Counted from the whole stretch's first letter, positions 11,701-26,028 are shown. The stretch: DNA of 63,150 bases, filler included, from Klebsormidium nitens (GCA_000708835.1; 8 parts of 8 records of this genome joined end to end with filler, not necessarily neighbours in it); one strand, 5' to 3'. Made by a program: numbers and translations. The notes: generated from the letters alone by a model not told the origin.

Positions 11701-13029
11701 GGAGAGATCAAGCTCCGGTTGGTGCTCCCAGCCTATGGGTCCGGTGACCAAATGGACCTGCGGTTCTTCCTGCGTCGCTCGCTTTGACCTTGTCTGTCTG
11801 AGCGGCAGCTTTTCCTTCTGCGGAGAGGACTTCGTCTTCTGTGGAGGCGCCTTCGGCTGCGATATTTTGGTGCGCGCCCTCGTGCGGGGCCCGTTCGGGC
11901 AGCTGGGCGCTAAGTGCGGCTGACAAGTGCGCACTGTGCCCTTAATTCCACAAGAGTGGCAAACCCGTTCCTTCCGTGGGGCGGCCGGGGCCGTCCCCGA
12001 GGCCCGTCGGGGCGAGGGAGTGTCTGGCACCCATTCTCCTTCAAAAGTGGAGTGCAGAATAGTGAGCGACTCGCAGTCTTCGTAAACTGTTTCAGTGTCG
12101 CAGTCGGTGTAGCCATAGTCGACTTCCTCTCCGTTAGCCCAGCGGGCCGTGTTCTTCTGTGGCTCGGGGCAGTTCATCTGCACGTGCCCCGTCTTGCCGC
12201 AGTTAAAGCAGGCTCGGGGCTTGGTCGGGGGGAAGTTAGACCGACCCTGCTGCGGAGGGCGCTCATTCCTTGCGCCATTGTTTCGATCGGGGTAACGACC
12301 GGCGGGTGGTGGGCGCGGAGGATCCTGTTGAGTCAACGGGGCGGTGTCGAAGTCTTCGTCCGGTGGGCGCTCCGAATCAGCTTCAGAGTACCTGTCGGCC
12401 TCGGCCAGTCGAACTTGGTTCGTGGCGCGCGCGGTGACCCGCAGCGGCGCCGTTGGCTTAGCCGTAGGAGCTTTCTCCATAGCCCAAAGGCCCCTGTCAA
12501 GCTCCTCCGCGATATCCACCGCGTCGTCAAAAGTCGAAGCTCCCCGAGTGTGGAGTTGCTCGCGCAAAGGACTGCGGAGCAACATCTTAAAATGATGTAT
12601 CTTGACCTGTTCGTGATTGATGTCGGCGTGTACGAACAAGTCACGGAGTCTCTGGGCGAGGGTCCCCACTGCTTCGTCTTTGCCCTGCTGTACTTGTCCA
12701 ATTTTGACAGTGCTCTCCGCGGGGTCAGACTTTCCGAAACGCGCTAAGAACTTTTCCTTTAGCGTGTCTCAGTGGTTGAGCAGGGAGTCGCCATTCTTGC
12801 TTTTGTAAGCGTAGTTGGCGGATTGAATCCAATCCTGAGCCACTTCACCCAGATTGTGGAAAAGAGTGAGGCCCATTTGTCCCTGCGTAAGACCAGGGGT
12901 ATTTTCAAGATAAATTTCCATCCGCTCGATGAACTGATGAGCGCTGAAACCTTCCTCCTTCTTTGTCCCTTTGTAGGTGATGATTTTGAGCGGTTGGAAG
13001 AGTCGGGGAGTCCGTCTACTTCCTTCCGG
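8761..13029 (-). mobile_element. Ty3/gypsy G2 internal region: gag (CCHC) - protease - long acidic spacer - RT, with frameshifts
   Basis: gag HFKMLLRSPLREQL and CFNCGKTGHVQMNC; protease CMDSGADINVM ... YDVLLGTS; RT SSSPYAAAVVLARKKGGKWRFCVDYRKIN, PLPRID, LDAQAGYWQI, KTAF. Confidence 0.95.
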
Positions 13030-13129
13030 NNNNNNNNNNNNNNNNNNNNNNNNNNNNNNNNNNNNNNNNNNNNTTAATTAATTAANNNNNNNNNNNNNNN
13101 NNNNNNNNNNNNNNNNNNNNNNNNNNNNN

Positions 13130-13167
13130 ACCCAGAGATTCGGTCCCTAAATGCCCGTATCTCAACA
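13130..13167 (-). mobile_element. Start of a copia-type LTR (family B) running into the gap
   Basis: Minus strand TGTTGAGATACGGGCATTTAG matches the LTR starts at 55387 (+) and 62432 (-). Confidence 0.65.
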
Positions 13168-14069
13168 GACATCTAATGAGGTTCTTTTAGGGTGGCTGTG
13201 TGTCCGCCATCAATTTTCATAAGCTGCACAAGCTCCATATCTAAGCACCATTTTGAAGTCCCTTCGTAAGTGTAAATTCTGCCACTGTCTGACGATTATA
13301 ACACACCAACTTACGATCGATCCAGATTCTATGGATACCTATACCGTACGCGTTTCTAGTACCTCAGTGATCGTATCGTGCACCGTCGGTACCACTTACA
13401 AAATCTGTGTCGAGATCCGACGGAGTTGTGACTGTCCAAGTCGGCATCGAGTCGGCCGATACCCACCGTAGGTAGCTTGTGTTGTAAGTGTAAACTTGAA
13501 ACCGTGATCAGGCTCTCCAAAAGACCCAAGCTATTAGACAAAGTCGCTACGGAGCACTTGCCCGAAGTTGATTACTCCGCAGAGAACCAATCAACTTTAG
13601 AACTTCGTGTCAGTTACTTCTTAAGGTTCGAAGTCCTGAGTTGGTAGCAACCAACTATGAACTAAGGTCGCAGAAAGTATCCAAGTCGGAATTCTTGCGT
13701 AGAGGGCCTACTTGCGTACCGCAGTGTCAACTTGATCTGGTTGTACAGCATAGTTCGGAACCTGCATAGTGTTGCTGAAGAACGTCGCGACACCGCTCCT
13801 AACTCGGAGGCCGCAGAAGCTATCACTCTCAGATTGGAAAGTCGATTCGTTTGCACGGTAAGGTGGTATTGACCGTGGATATTCGTATCGACAGTGCGCA
13901 AAACCTCAGCCAAATGGTGGAGGTTCGATGGTGTCAATTGCGCCCCACTGGCATTCGTATTGACTTAACTCCACCGTACTAAATTCTATATACCGAACCG
14001 AATCGCCGGTCCGCCGCACGCATGAATAGTACATATTGGACACGCGCCGGCGGCGAACTCGCCCACTTG

Positions 14070-14600
14070 TACATTCATGTCAGAAAATTCTACATGCTCT
14101 TACGGTCGACCGAATATTTCGTACAAGCCTTTCACGGTCACTGTAGGTTCCAGTTTCGGTTGCACGCGACTGTGCTAATATTTGCGCCCTAGCTTGAAGA
14201 GGATACCACCATTTTAAACTCGGCGTTGATGCTACTTGGGTATCACCATTCTCCAGTCGAATCTGCTGAACTTGGCAACACTGTCAGGCCGGTCGAAACA
14301 GCGCGGTGCACCTTGGACCATGCAGTTAAATTAACTTGCATATAGTCTTGCAATAGTGCCCGGTGTTCTAGCCGGTAGCTACTCAGCTCTCGGCCTACAA
14401 AGTTGAGGGCCGAGCCGCCCCTAACACCAAAGTTCCGACCTACGACATGTGGTGGTCTCTAAATGGACCTTATCCTGCAAACGAATCTTGCCAAAATGCC
14501 CCGACCACTTCTCCATCAAGCAACCGGACGGAGTTAGGGGCGGGGTTGCAAGCTACTTCAACAATGCTATGCTGGAGGACCCCTGGCTTTCCAAGTTCGG
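14070..14600 (+). repeat. Dispersed degenerate repeat of protein-coding origin (copy 1)
   Basis: Homologous to 46290-46790 (-) and more weakly to 47640-47800 (+). Substitutions are mostly at third positions in the frame SCKRILPKxPDH...RGGVASYFNNA. Confidence 0.7.
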
Positions 14601-16929
14601 ACCACTGGTCGCCAGTTGAATGGCATCGGCGGGCGTCACTACTCAGAGGAAGCTTCCGACAAGCTCTGCAGAAAGCTTCACTGTATGAGTGCGACTTTGT
14701 GGACTCTGACGATTGGCTTGCAGCTAAGCAGCTCACGATCGTCCTATCACAAGCAATGGTGGGTTGAGACGAGACACTCTCCGCACGCAAACTCGCTAGC
14801 CTTTTAGGAGGACATCCTCAGACCTCGCTCCTCTGCAAACGAGTGGGAATTGATGCGGCTAAGGAGGTGCGAACTAGCAAGCATATATTGCTCTCCGCGT
14901 GCAGCCTAACCGAATTCCGGATCGTTTACCTTCGAGTCACAGACCAAGCTCAGACATGCGCAAGAGGCAATGATTGCAGCAACTCTCAAGCTAGCAACGT
15001 GCTGACAAGGTGCAGTGCAACAAATGACAGCGCATAGTGCAACGACAGCACAAGAGGCAAGGTCAGCCAAAGTCAATATGTGCACCCGCACAATTGTAAA
15101 TGCGTTAGACAATACTCACATAAGAAAGTGAGTCAATGCCCACCAGAAGGTACCGAACTGCTGCAGGCGTAGCACCAAATCTGTCACCAACGTCGAGGAA
15201 CTCGTGCAGCTGGGCCAAGTGGGCGGCGCCAATGCCAAAGCCGAAGTGGCGCTAGGGCGGCGTAGGCCCTCTGGTAGAGTGGACGATGGCTCCGCCCTTA
15301 GTCGAATGAGGGCCAGGGCTGGCGCGCGCGTGAAGCTACGCCTTATGGCGGACAGCGTCACGGTTGCGGGCGCGCTGGTCCGTCTGGCGCTGCTTAGAGG
15401 CGCGCTGGTGCTCGCGACGGAGCTGGCGGGGACTTTTCGCAGGCTGGTGGCAGCAGACGCAGCAGCGACAAAGGCGGCGTCAGCAAGGGGTCCCAAGCGG
15501 TCGGCGAGGAGTTGAACACGTGGCGGCGGGGCGTCCGCGTACTCGTCCACGTTGATGTCCTTGTCGGGTGGGCCAAAGTTGGCACACCGGCGGTTGTCAC
15601 GGGTGGCACGGGATTCTTTGCACTCGCGCTTGGCCGCGTCGATGTCGGCAGAGTTGTCTTCGTCAGAAAGCTTCGGCATCTAAATCACAGAGCGACATTT
15701 TCAATACTTAGTCGTCAAGTCGTAAACGGGTGCGCTCGCAAGTAATAAATGAAAATTGTCAGTCACGCCTTGCGCCAGGGGTGTACATGTGTTCAACACT
15801 CCAGTTCAAAAGAAACGAGGAAAGGAGAGGGTTTGATGAATGTGATTATCTTTATGGGAGTGTGCTACCCAGTCTGACACTGTGATATAGTACAAACTCC
15901 AAATGCTAGCAATCAATGTGCAGTGTCAGGAATGCAGATATTAGCAAGGCTGGAGACCCTAGCAGAAAAGCAGTCACACGAGGGCGTAAAAGCAAAAACC
16001 CGAGGCATATGTGTGTGACCCAGAAATCAAGAGCTACCTAGTCTTTGCTTCTCCACTCAAAACGACAAACCGAAGATTAAGATATAACCTGTTTTCTAAC
16101 CCTGTTTCAGATCTGATTTCTGCGATAGCAACGGCGATAGCCTATGTAACTCGCAGATTCTCAACTTCTCCTAGTGTTTCTTCCCATAGGAAGCAACAAG
16201 GAAGATCACACAATACCCTAGAAGGGCTAGCTGTTGACGAAGGTCACACAACCTCTCAATATAAAATTTTCCAAGTGAAGTTACGTAGGCAAACCCTAGG
16301 TGATACAATGCAATAAACCTATGCGCCCATGCGCCCTATTGTACACCTGCAGATGCCGCAGCGCCAACGCCTACTACGCACCGGGATATGGCATACACAT
16401 GAATGACACGCCTAAAGTGCAAAAATGAGTCTTACCTAGTCACAAGAAAGATAAAGTCGTCGTGGAAATGCTAACACATACACAAACGAAGCCAAACTAC
16501 AAGATACTCGACCTTGTTGAATGCTTGTGGTACTTGCGTGCTTGCTATCCTCGGGAGCGGTCCGTTACTGGATCCGCAACAACTCAGTATGCAGCCCGTG
16601 GTGGCTGCAGCGTTGATGGCTCCCTCGAACGAGGGGAGCATACTTGGCTTGATGATGCTACTCACTTCTCCCAATGAAATGCCTGTCAGGACCCTGTGGA
16701 ACGTTGTGCGAGTACGTACCAACGAGGCACTCGGCACAGCGGGTGGCAAACAGCAGGCAAATGTGGAGGGTGGAAGCGTCAATGCGCTTGAAGATGCTAA
16801 GTCATGCAGGTGAGAGGATGCAGGGCGTCCAGCCTGACTATCACAAGGGAGTCTCCAAAACACAACTCGCACAAAGTTGGCGAAAGAATCAAAAGTGCCT
16901 AGGTTATACTCGCTGTCGTCGAAATATCT

Positions 16930-17165
16930 GAGTCGAGTTCAGACTCGAAGCTACTTAAGTTGCTACAGTCTAGGGTGTCGCGTGAAGTGTTACACTGATA
17001 GTTTCAGACTACAGCAAGCCTAGAAAGTCTACAAGTCGCGTGGAGTCGATGTCGCCATAACCACCATGGCTGGACGCCGTTATTAACCTCCGAAACATGT
17101 GGTCACACGGTTGAAATATGATCGTAACGGCCGCGCGCAAATATCAAGCGCACGCCTGTCAATAG
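16930..17165 (-). mobile_element. Degenerate LTR-like fragment
   Basis: Shares the motif ACACTGATAG and the CTAG-rich composition with family-B LTRs; termini decayed. Confidence 0.35.
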
Positions 17166-17474
17166 ATATGAAATGTTCTGAAGCTCAGGCTCAGGGGGAT
17201 CACCCTAGAGCGGCAAGCTTGAAAGTTCTAGGTGCTGGGAATAAATCAGCATAGGGCCGAGCCCTTACGGCAACGAAACATCACGGCATGCCAAGTTTGC
17301 ATCAGCCTCACTTACTCCATGTGAGTCGTTTTCCTCCTTGATGTTACCCTTGCAGCCGTCTGCATACGCCGTTGCAAGATCCTAGCGGTCTGCCACTTCA
17401 AAAGCTTGTTCAAGCGTGATTATAACTTGGAGGGGTCTAAAGGGCATGACGGAGCGTCGTGTGGGCTCACAACC

Positions 17475-18040
17475 TGTTAATCATTTTGATGCTTGTCACA
17501 AGCTAGGGTCTAAACACCCCCACACGTAAGCACTTTCACAAAGAAGCGTCTTCCTCTCTTCAAGCATCTCTTAAAATGAATATTATTACATGCCATTAGC
17601 TCAAAGTCATAATTCCGTAGCTAGATGTACTCTAGCCTAGGTCGGGTCCATTTTCACCACCCACTGGTTGGTTCAACTATATGGACTCCTTTCCATCAAC
17701 CCGTCACTATGACAATAATGACAATAATGACAATGACAATACGGCCTGTATTTTTTTCGGACTTGTCACAGGGGCACTTTACTACTAGTGGTCGATAGTA
17801 CCGTTCTACTAGTGGTCGGGGTATTATACTACTCGAGTCGACTCACTTCTAACGATCCACAATCCGATTTACCACGCAATCCGACGGTCGATATTCAACG
17901 ACACGAACCTCTAATTCTACGGTCGATATTACACGACACAAACCATAGTCCTACGGTCGATGTTACACGACAAACCCCACAACTCTACGGCTCAAATTAT
18001 TGCGCCTAACTCAACAATTTGGCGTCAATCAACTCCGTCA
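17475..18040 (-). mobile_element. LTR-like repeat (family C) truncating a copia RT
   Basis: Homologous over ~550 bp to 56035-56590 (+). Contains three ~35-nt internal repeats (17885-17975) and an ATGACAATA microrepeat. Confidence 0.75.
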
Positions 18041-19640
18041 CTCACAACACATGTGCCACGCACGCGGCGTCTGGCGCAAGTCGTACAAGGTGCGCTTAAG
18101 GCGGCAAACCATCTCGGCCCCACCTTGCTCGTATCCCTGCGGTTTCTGCATGTAGATCTCCTTCTCTAGCTCCCCGTTAAGGAACGCCGTCTTGACGTCC
18201 AGCTGATGCAACTCCAAGTCGCGCTCCGCAACCACCGCCAGCAGCGCACGCAACTTCGTCTGCTTGCTCACCGGGGCGTAGACCTCGTCGAAGTCAATCC
18301 TCTGTGTATGCAGGTAGCCTTTCGCCACCAGCCGGGACTTGTACCGCTCCACGTTCCCGTGAGCGTCCCGTTGAATCTTGTCAACCCACTTTATGAGAAA
18401 CGGCTTGACTCCTTCCGGTTTTTTGACGATTTCCCACGTCACATGTTCCAACAAGGAAAGCATCTCCTCGTCCATGGACTCCCGCCAGAGGTCACTCTCT
18501 TTTCCCATAACAGCTTCCTGATAGCTCTGCGGTTCTGGGTGCTTTGGGGTGCTTCCCCGCTTCGGAGTCCGCCGCCAAGTTGGCGCAGTACCACTCCCCT
18601 AGCGCGTGTCTCTCACGTGCGGGGTACCCCTGAGCAGCCGATATTGGCACTCTTATGTCCTTCGCAACCTCTTCCGGCTCTGCTCTCCTTTCTCGCGCCG
18701 TGTTCAAAACTTGCCCACTTTGGTCGGTTTTGAAAACCGTGCGTGCGGCGCGGCCACGGTTGCCGCGCGGGTGCGGTGTCGCGCTCGCCGGCCTTCTCAG
18801 GGTAACCCTCCATGGAATCGGAGCTCAGCTCAAAACCCCGGTTATCCCTCTCGCCCTCGTCGGAACGACGTCCCGACATGATCCTCTCATCGCTCTTCCG
18901 GAGCACCCGATACGCCTGGGAGTCCGGCTCATATTCCAAGAACACACACCGCTCGCTTACCGGATCCAAGTTCCAGCGCCTCTGCTTTGGAATGTGTATG
19001 TAGGCTCGCGCCCCAAACACCCTCATGTGCCCCACATGGGGCTTTTTGCCCGTATAACGCCTTTCACGGGGTCCTTCCGTGTGCGCTCATTGGGGCTTGG
19101 TTCCGGGTGTAGTCGGCCGTCACGATGGCCTCCGCCCACATCTCTTTGGGCAGCCCCGAATCCTCGAGCATGGCCCGGACCTTCTCCTCCCGGTTTCATG
19201 CCGACACCCTCAACGAAATTGTCTTGCACCATCTTCGCCAAGATCTCAAACCCGGCGTGCCCCATCCGTCGGTGCCGTGCAGCTCGGCCGTTACCGGCTT
19301 GCTCACGAAAAAAACGCGCGTCCTCCCCCGGCGCGGCGTCCTCCCGCTCCATTTCCGAAAGCGGCCCCTTTTGAACCACTTTTGGAGATCGTGCGTTCTC
19401 CGCGCAGTCGACTTCATAGACTCCCTTTACTTTCCGAGCTACAAGGACTACTTTCCTGTCAACCTCAAGATCACAGTTTCCGTTCTTCTTGAACAACACC
19501 GTAACACAAATGCGACCTCGGTTGCCTCGCTCACCGAAATCAGGTTTGTCGCAACCCCAAGGACGCTGTACATCACGTTTTGCAGAGTGACCAGACACTC
19601 TCCGGTCAGTGTTGCGCACCCTCAACCGAGCCGCTCCTTG
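18038..19640 (-). mobile_element. Ty1/copia internal fragment: protease end, GAG-pre-integrase, deleted integrase core, RT N-terminus
   Basis: HRRMGHAGF; LPKEMWAEAIVTA; HMRVFGARAYIHIP; WRESMDEEMLSL; YKSRLVAKGY; HQLDVKTAFLNGEL; LRQTPRAW. Stops and frameshifts are present. Confidence 0.95.
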
Positions 19641-19644
19641 TGCC

Positions 19645-19838
19645 TGTTAGAATCCGGTGATTATGGTCAGCCGGATTACTCCGTGATTAGGGTTCGGACC
19701 GAGTTAGGGTTTGAACTAGTGAGCGCCGGCGTGCGTGCACAGCGGTTAGGCGGTTAACCTTGGAGGTTAGGCGGTTGAGAGGGCCGCCGGATATGGAGCC
19801 GTAGATGAGGATATCGATGGCTATGATTGAGTGTGAGT
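19645..19838 (+). mobile_element. LTR family A (5' part, runs into gap) nested in the copia fragment
   Basis: TGTTAGAATCCGG... colinear with the solo LTR at 58728-59213. Confidence 0.8.
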
Positions 19839-20165
19839 NNNNNNNNNNNNNNNNNNNNNNNNNNNNNNNNNNNNNNNNNNNNTTAATTAATTAANNNNNN
19901 NNNNNNNNNNNNNNNNNNNNNNNNNNNNNNNNNNNNNNATCTTGTTCCTGTCTAGGGCGCGTTCAAACCCTGACACTAACCCAAGCTTTAACCACTCGTT
20001 GCAGGGCCGCGTAAGCCGCGCCGTAGGTCCAGACTCCTACCTCGAGTCCGGCGATCTATTGTAAATTAGCTGCCAGATCAAACAAACACAATGTTCTTAC
20101 ACCTGGTTTCGGATTTCTGGGGCTCAAACCTAGACATTAGCCCAAACTTTAACCACTCTCTGCAG

Positions 20166-23100
20166 GGCCACGTCAGCCACGCCGTAGGCCCAAGTTTTTA
20201 CCTCGAGTCCGGCGACCTTCTGTACTTCAGCGGCCAGATCAAACAGGCACTCGGAGCAGTTCAACCTCGAGCTGCTGACATACGAGACGGAAGCGGAGTC
20301 CGGTGAGAAGGGTTCCGCCATGGCGACGGATCTGAAGTCCGCGGAAGAGGGGGCGGAGCAGCCGACCCACGCAGCACATCTTCTGCAGGTGAGCGAGGAG
20401 TACGATTCTTTAGGGCACGTGTAACTATGACGTTAACAACTCACTTCTCGCTTCAGGTATCTTCGACCTAGTACCTCTTGTACTAGATCATTCCTGCTAG
20501 CTTCTAGATTCTAGAGTGTTCAGAGTCCGCTCCGACTTATACGAATCTGGGATCCCAGCTGTACCCAGGGCTTCTCCTTCAATAGTATTTGACAGAGGCT
20601 TGCTGGGGAAAAGAGTGTCTTGAGGAGCAGCGAGATTGCAGCTTGCGCACTTGAGAAGCAATTCCGCAGCAGCATTCCACATACTGTCACCTGAGCACCG
20701 TATCGGAGGTTTCATTATCTGAACCAAATTTTCATCTTGCATTCTGCAGGCCACTGTAAAAGCAGGGACCGACATCGTCGGCAGAAACATTCGCGAGATC
20801 GGGTTTCGCGGCCGCTTCCATGCCGCGGTCCTCTCCGTGAAACGCGGCCACGTGAAACAGCCGGGAAAACTGGGTGACGTTATCGTCCAAGGGGGCAACG
20901 TGTTGGCGACTGGTAAGTGCCAACCACAAACACAGCTGTTGACTCGATGTTGCACTTTTAGAAGAGTATCTTTGAGCATGCCTGAAGTGTCTCCTTGAGC
21001 CTACTCTGACATGAACTTCCTCTCAGCCAGAGAGAACATTCAGTTGCCGCGGGATCAAAACCGAAATCCTTGTCACACTCTGTTTTGCAATCCGCCAAGC
21101 AATTGGTTATTTGCTGCAGGGTGGCAGTGGTGCAAGACTGGTATATGGCGGAGAGTCGACTAAGTCATCAACTGAGGAGTGTTCTCTCATATCTGATTGC
21201 AGAGAAGAAGACCGTGGCAGACGACATGGAGTTCGGGCGCTTTTTCAAGGAGATCGAGCCGCTGGACCTGACCCTCGAGAAGGAGTTCCTCTCTGGTAAG
21301 TGCTGACATGATTCTGTGGAGAAGTTGAAGAATCATTCATTCATCAAACTGAGGGCGGTCTTGCTCTAGAATCGGTCTTCTACGTCGCTTCAATCGATTT
21401 CGTAAACTCTAGGTCTCATGAACAGCCAGCCTGAGTCACAAAGGGTCCTTTGAAGACCCTTGAGATTCGTTTCTGGTGTCTAGAATGAGTGCCGGCTGAA
21501 GCCTTTGAGCTCCGCCTAGCGTCATTGTCTGCGTGTCCATCTAGGCTCCTGAACCTAGCTTCAGGTCGCCGTTACCAGGCTCAGAACGATCAGATTGAGC
21601 GCTTCGCTTGCTTGCAGAGAACTGCGTAAGCTTTTCTTCGCATGGGGCTTTTGGGAATGCTGCCTGAAAAGATGTGAAGGGACCGTAGGATTTGACACAG
21701 ACATGAGCGAATTATTTCTTTGGATGGACTTTGTGCAGGCATGAGGGTGACTAGCAAGTTTTCCGGCATCGGCAGGACGATCACGGAAGCCGGCCTGCGC
21801 GGAATTGAGGGCCTTTACCTGGTCGGGATCGATCGCGCAACCAGCGAGTCGTTGAGAGTGGTGCAGCCAGAGACGATCATGCAGGTGAAGTTAACCCTCT
21901 CCTCCTAACCCGGCTTACCATTCTCCGATACCTATCAAAAAGAGACCTGCGTGTGCGAGCGCCGTTCTAGTGGAAGGTATTGGACGTCTGCAAGCTCAGT
22001 TCTCGGAGGGGTATGCATGCGGTCATGCTCACCGAACGGGCAAAGGGGGTGTTTGCGATGTTCCTCGACATGGACCTCAAGACGGACACCATATCACCAC
22101 AAGACTCGCAACTTCTGCGTAGAAAAGCAAGGCCTCTATTGCTGTCTGAAATAATGTGCACAGAATCACGAGATATGCAAAACGGCTCCTTGGTTCTGGT
22201 GTGTCAAATCCAGCGGGACCTGACCCAGAACATCCTGTCATTTGAACTACAATTGAAGCCACAGTCAAGTCAACATATTTCAAAGAAGCTTTTGAACTGA
22301 GCAGAAGCCGCACCCGAAAAGCTTTCCGTGCTGAAAGGAGACCTAATGAGGTTCTCAGGGAGCATAGAGAGAACGTCACGGTGGAATCGGATGTTACACG
22401 GTTCTCCCAAGTTCCCCAATACCTTCCGTCTCAAAGTAAGCCACCAAAGTTCAGAAACAAATCGTCAGCAGATTCTAAATCAAACTCCGCGTTGCAGGAC
22501 GGAGACCTTCTGTGATTCTCAGGTAGCATCGAGAACGTTTACTTCGTGCTGAAGATCACCAAGCTTCCCAGATCGGTCAGCTCAAGGTCGGGATCCTCGA
22601 ACGACAACTCGTCCAGGTAAGCCGATGACGTCAGCCGCGCTCTTGATGACGTCAGCATCGTCCAGCTTGTTCACTCTTCTCGGTCACGGGCCACGTTTGT
22701 AAGGGTAGCGCAGATCATGAAATGCCCAAATCTTCCTCTGCGGGACCACTTTCGCCGTGAAAGAAACCTGTTGGCGATCGAATCCATGAAGTGGAGCGTC
22801 AGCCTGAGCGGGAAGGCGTCTCATTCAATTCGCGGTGTGATGGATGCCCGTTGAGTCTCCCAGGTCAAACCAAAAGGGATAAAAAAACAAAAATTCTGCT
22901 GTGCAGGTTTCCATTGCCCACGACAGCCCTATCTCCGGCCAAACCGTTCGGCAGTCCGCTTTCCGCACCAAGGACAACGCCGCTGTTCTGGCAATCCATC
23001 GCCAGGTAAAGCATCCCTGCTCGACACAAAAACGATCCTCGAGCTGCTTGAAAGACTGTGCATTCCACAAATGTATTGAAATTGAGCTGAAAATGGAACA

Positions 23101-26028
23101 CGATCTCCGGAGTCTGAGAAGACCTCTAAAGGGCGCAGACTTCTGTCTGCCGATCTGTTCCGCTTCTGCTAAACCTCTGTCAGGCGAGGTTCTTCGGCTC
23201 GCTACTGGAACGCGCTTTTCGCGGCGCAGCACTTCAGGCCAATTGTGAGATGTGGTCGAACGGACACGAACTTTGCGGACATTGTTATCAACAGATTATC
23301 CATCTCGAAAGCCTTTCTCCAGGATTGCTGGTAGTCTGCAGACTTCCGCTTCCGTCCGGCGAAGTACTTCCGCTAAACACCGGAACAAGCTTTTCCCCGC
23401 CCTTCGAAGAAGGCACTACATTTCAAACATTCAGAGATCAAGATCCGTTGCAAAATCGAACTTTAGTCGCAGATTCTGAAGCGCAAAGGATCTTTTCACA
23501 GGGTCAGCGCCTTTCCGCTGACGTGCAAGACATTCCGCTCCAGCCGGGCGACGTCGACACCGGAACGAGCTTTCCCAAGCGCTTCAAGGGTGACCGTGCC
23601 TTCTCAATCATCAAGGGCGTCTCGGAAACGTCACCGCTCAACTCGAACAAGATGTGGATCGCGATTGGCCTGGCAGCCGCTATGATTTCTACACAGGTTT
23701 GTAATTTTCACCGTCAGACTCTTACGGGTTTGATAAAGGTTTCCTTGAGTCTCATTCGTCGCCAAGGATTGTCCTTTGGCGAGTCAAACCCGACGCGGAT
23801 TGCAATCGGATGGTCACTGCTATAGTCTATTCCACAGGTAGTGCTTTTTAATTTAGGGCGGTGAAGAATTCAGCAGATGCTTCTGCGGATAGCCGGTTCT
23901 TGACATCTGCGTGGTTGAGTCGTCCTTTATAAAGTAGCGAAAGCTCTGAAGGAGCACCGGGCACAGTCTGCAAAAACCATAACCCATTTACCGCAGGAAA
24001 TATTACTTCGAAAGTCAATGTGTCTTCCGTAGCGCCTGCATGCTTAGTAATAATCTGTTCCTTTGTTCCGTTCCGTTCCGTTCAGAGTGAGCGGAGGCGG
24101 AGGCGCCGTGCCGCATACACCTACTTCTTTATCCAACAATCCATCACTGTCGGGATTTTTCCTTTTGATGGTTGCCTCCCACTCCGTTCCTGACAAGTCC
24201 GTTTCCTGGCTTCCTTCAGATCGCGAGCGGAGCAGCGGATGCTGTCCCGGAATACTTCGACCTGTTCACTGCGGGAATCATCACGGCGGGGCTCGTGCTT
24301 GTAATCGGCTGCTTTTGACTTCGTTCCTGAACTTCCGTCCGCTCGCCGTTCAGATCGCGAGCGGAGCCTCGGACGCCGTCCCGGAGTACATCAACCTGTT
24401 TACTGCGGGAATTTTTCCGGCGGGGCTTATGCTTTTAGCCGGCTGCTTCAACGGGAAGCAGGCGCGTGGCAGCACTGACTGGCGCGTATACATAACCATC
24501 GGGTTCTCGACGGCTATGGAGACGTCGGGCGTTGCGCCGGCCATTGCTGACGACGTCTTCACTGATATCATTGAGTAAACGCGGCTCTCCAGGTTGATTG
24601 AAGTATATTATGAGTTTTCGGGGGCCTAATTACAGAGGTAACGTGCTTATGCGAATCCTGTGCTTTGTCATTGTTACTAGCGCTCGGTAAGCAAAGTAGA
24701 AGAGTTTTGGTCACTGCTCATTCTGGCAAGTCGAGATGATCTAGTAGCTCTCTGACGAATCTGAACCAATCTTTTCTGCGTTTGGTCAGCTACTCCAGAA
24801 TCTGCGTCACTGTCGCGGTCGCTCCCTTTTGACCTTCAAAAATTGTCCAATCTTCCGGGGCAGCTCCGCGCATTCTCCGTTTTTGACTCTGGTTGATAAT
24901 CTCGTTTCGGCTTGCTTTGGACGATCTCCTCTAAAGTGACAGATAAAACCTTGATATGCGGGCGGAAGAAAGGCGGCCGCGTGCATCTCTTCTATCCGGC
25001 GTCTGCTAAGCAAGGCAGCCGGACCCTGACAGAATCCTAGCCCGCAACCTCAGAATCATAACGCTGACCACATCCGTATTACAGGCGACGCCATCGGCGG
25101 AAAGGCGGCCGCGTTCGTCGCCATTTACATCACGACCGCGTTCCTGTCTGAGATCGTGAGCAATAACGCGGCCGGCGCGCTTACGTACCCCATTGCCGCT
25201 CGGCTTGGGGACGCGCTCGGTGTCGTGCCATCTCGTATGACAGCGCACTCTTGCCAGAAGATACAGGCATTAAGTTTGTCAGATCTGGGATCCTCTGGAT
25301 CTGATCCTTCTCGACGACGAAAGAAGCAACATGACGGTTTCGTCTGCTCATAAGCGCGGTGGACGAGCCCCAATAATCCGGGCGGCAAGTTTACTACTGT
25401 GCACTTCGTTTGGAACTGGGCTAGACCTCTGCTTGACTATCTGGAATGCAGCTGGTTGAGCCGCATATCTTAACCTGTCTTCAGCAGCCACTCCATCAAC
25501 TTCCAACACTGCTGCAAGGAACTTTCTTGGTCCTTTGTCAAGGTACCGTTGCGACTGTCGTACGTCAATCCTGCTTTCACGAGGAATGTCGAACCACTCC
25601 AGCCAAAGAATGTTTACTGAGTGGATTTGAGTCCTGAAATAAGCGCCTTACTTGACTACAGGGGACGATTGCCGCTTCTGGTCAGCTCTTACCCTCCTTT
25701 TTTAAAGCTCACCGTTTGCATTTCACTCTAATCGCTTCTCGTCTCTCTTTTTTCAGCCGGCGACTACCGTTTCCTTAAGTTCGCCAAGTTCGGCCTCCCC
25801 TGCCAGCTGTTCATGATCGTTTCTGTAATTATCATCTTCGTCCTAGAGGAGACGATCTGGGTGTCGATTTTTATCGCAATTGCGCTTTTCGCGGCGATTC
25901 TCGCGGGTCCTTTGCTCTGGGTTGTTCTCCCTGAGTCTACGAAGGATTGGCTCCGCTTCTGGGGGCCCAAAGCGAAGGCTCAATATGTGAAGGCGCCGGA
26001 GCTGACGAACGGAAAGATTGTTGACTAG
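20166..26028 (+). pseudogene. SLT: SLT/SAC1-like SLC13 Na+/sulfate cotransporter with TrkA-C domains, copy 1 (C-terminal two-thirds)
   Basis: Colinear exons GHVSHAVGPSFYLESGDLLYFSG; VGRNIREIGFRGRFHAAVLSVKRG; GRTITEAGLRGIEGLYLVGIDRA; ILERQLVQ; SAFRTKDNAAVLAIHRQ; KMWIAIGLAAAMISTQ; DWRVYITI; EIVSNNAAGAL; final exon GDYRFLKFAKFG...IVD*. Lesions: TGA at ~22510, deletions, and no LGASA/YQTN segment. Confidence 0.9.

Noticed and set aside
15116-15679. 187-aa Ala/Ser-rich ORF (-) with overlapping + ORFs
   Set aside because: GC-rich low complexity, no recognisable motif or splice context; probably a TE remnant.
17885-17975. Three CGGTCGAT..TACACGACA repeats at ~35-nt period resembling a mini CRISPR array
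   Set aside because: Internal to an LTR-like repeat also present at ~56100-56200, spacers are too short, and there are no cas genes in this eukaryotic context.
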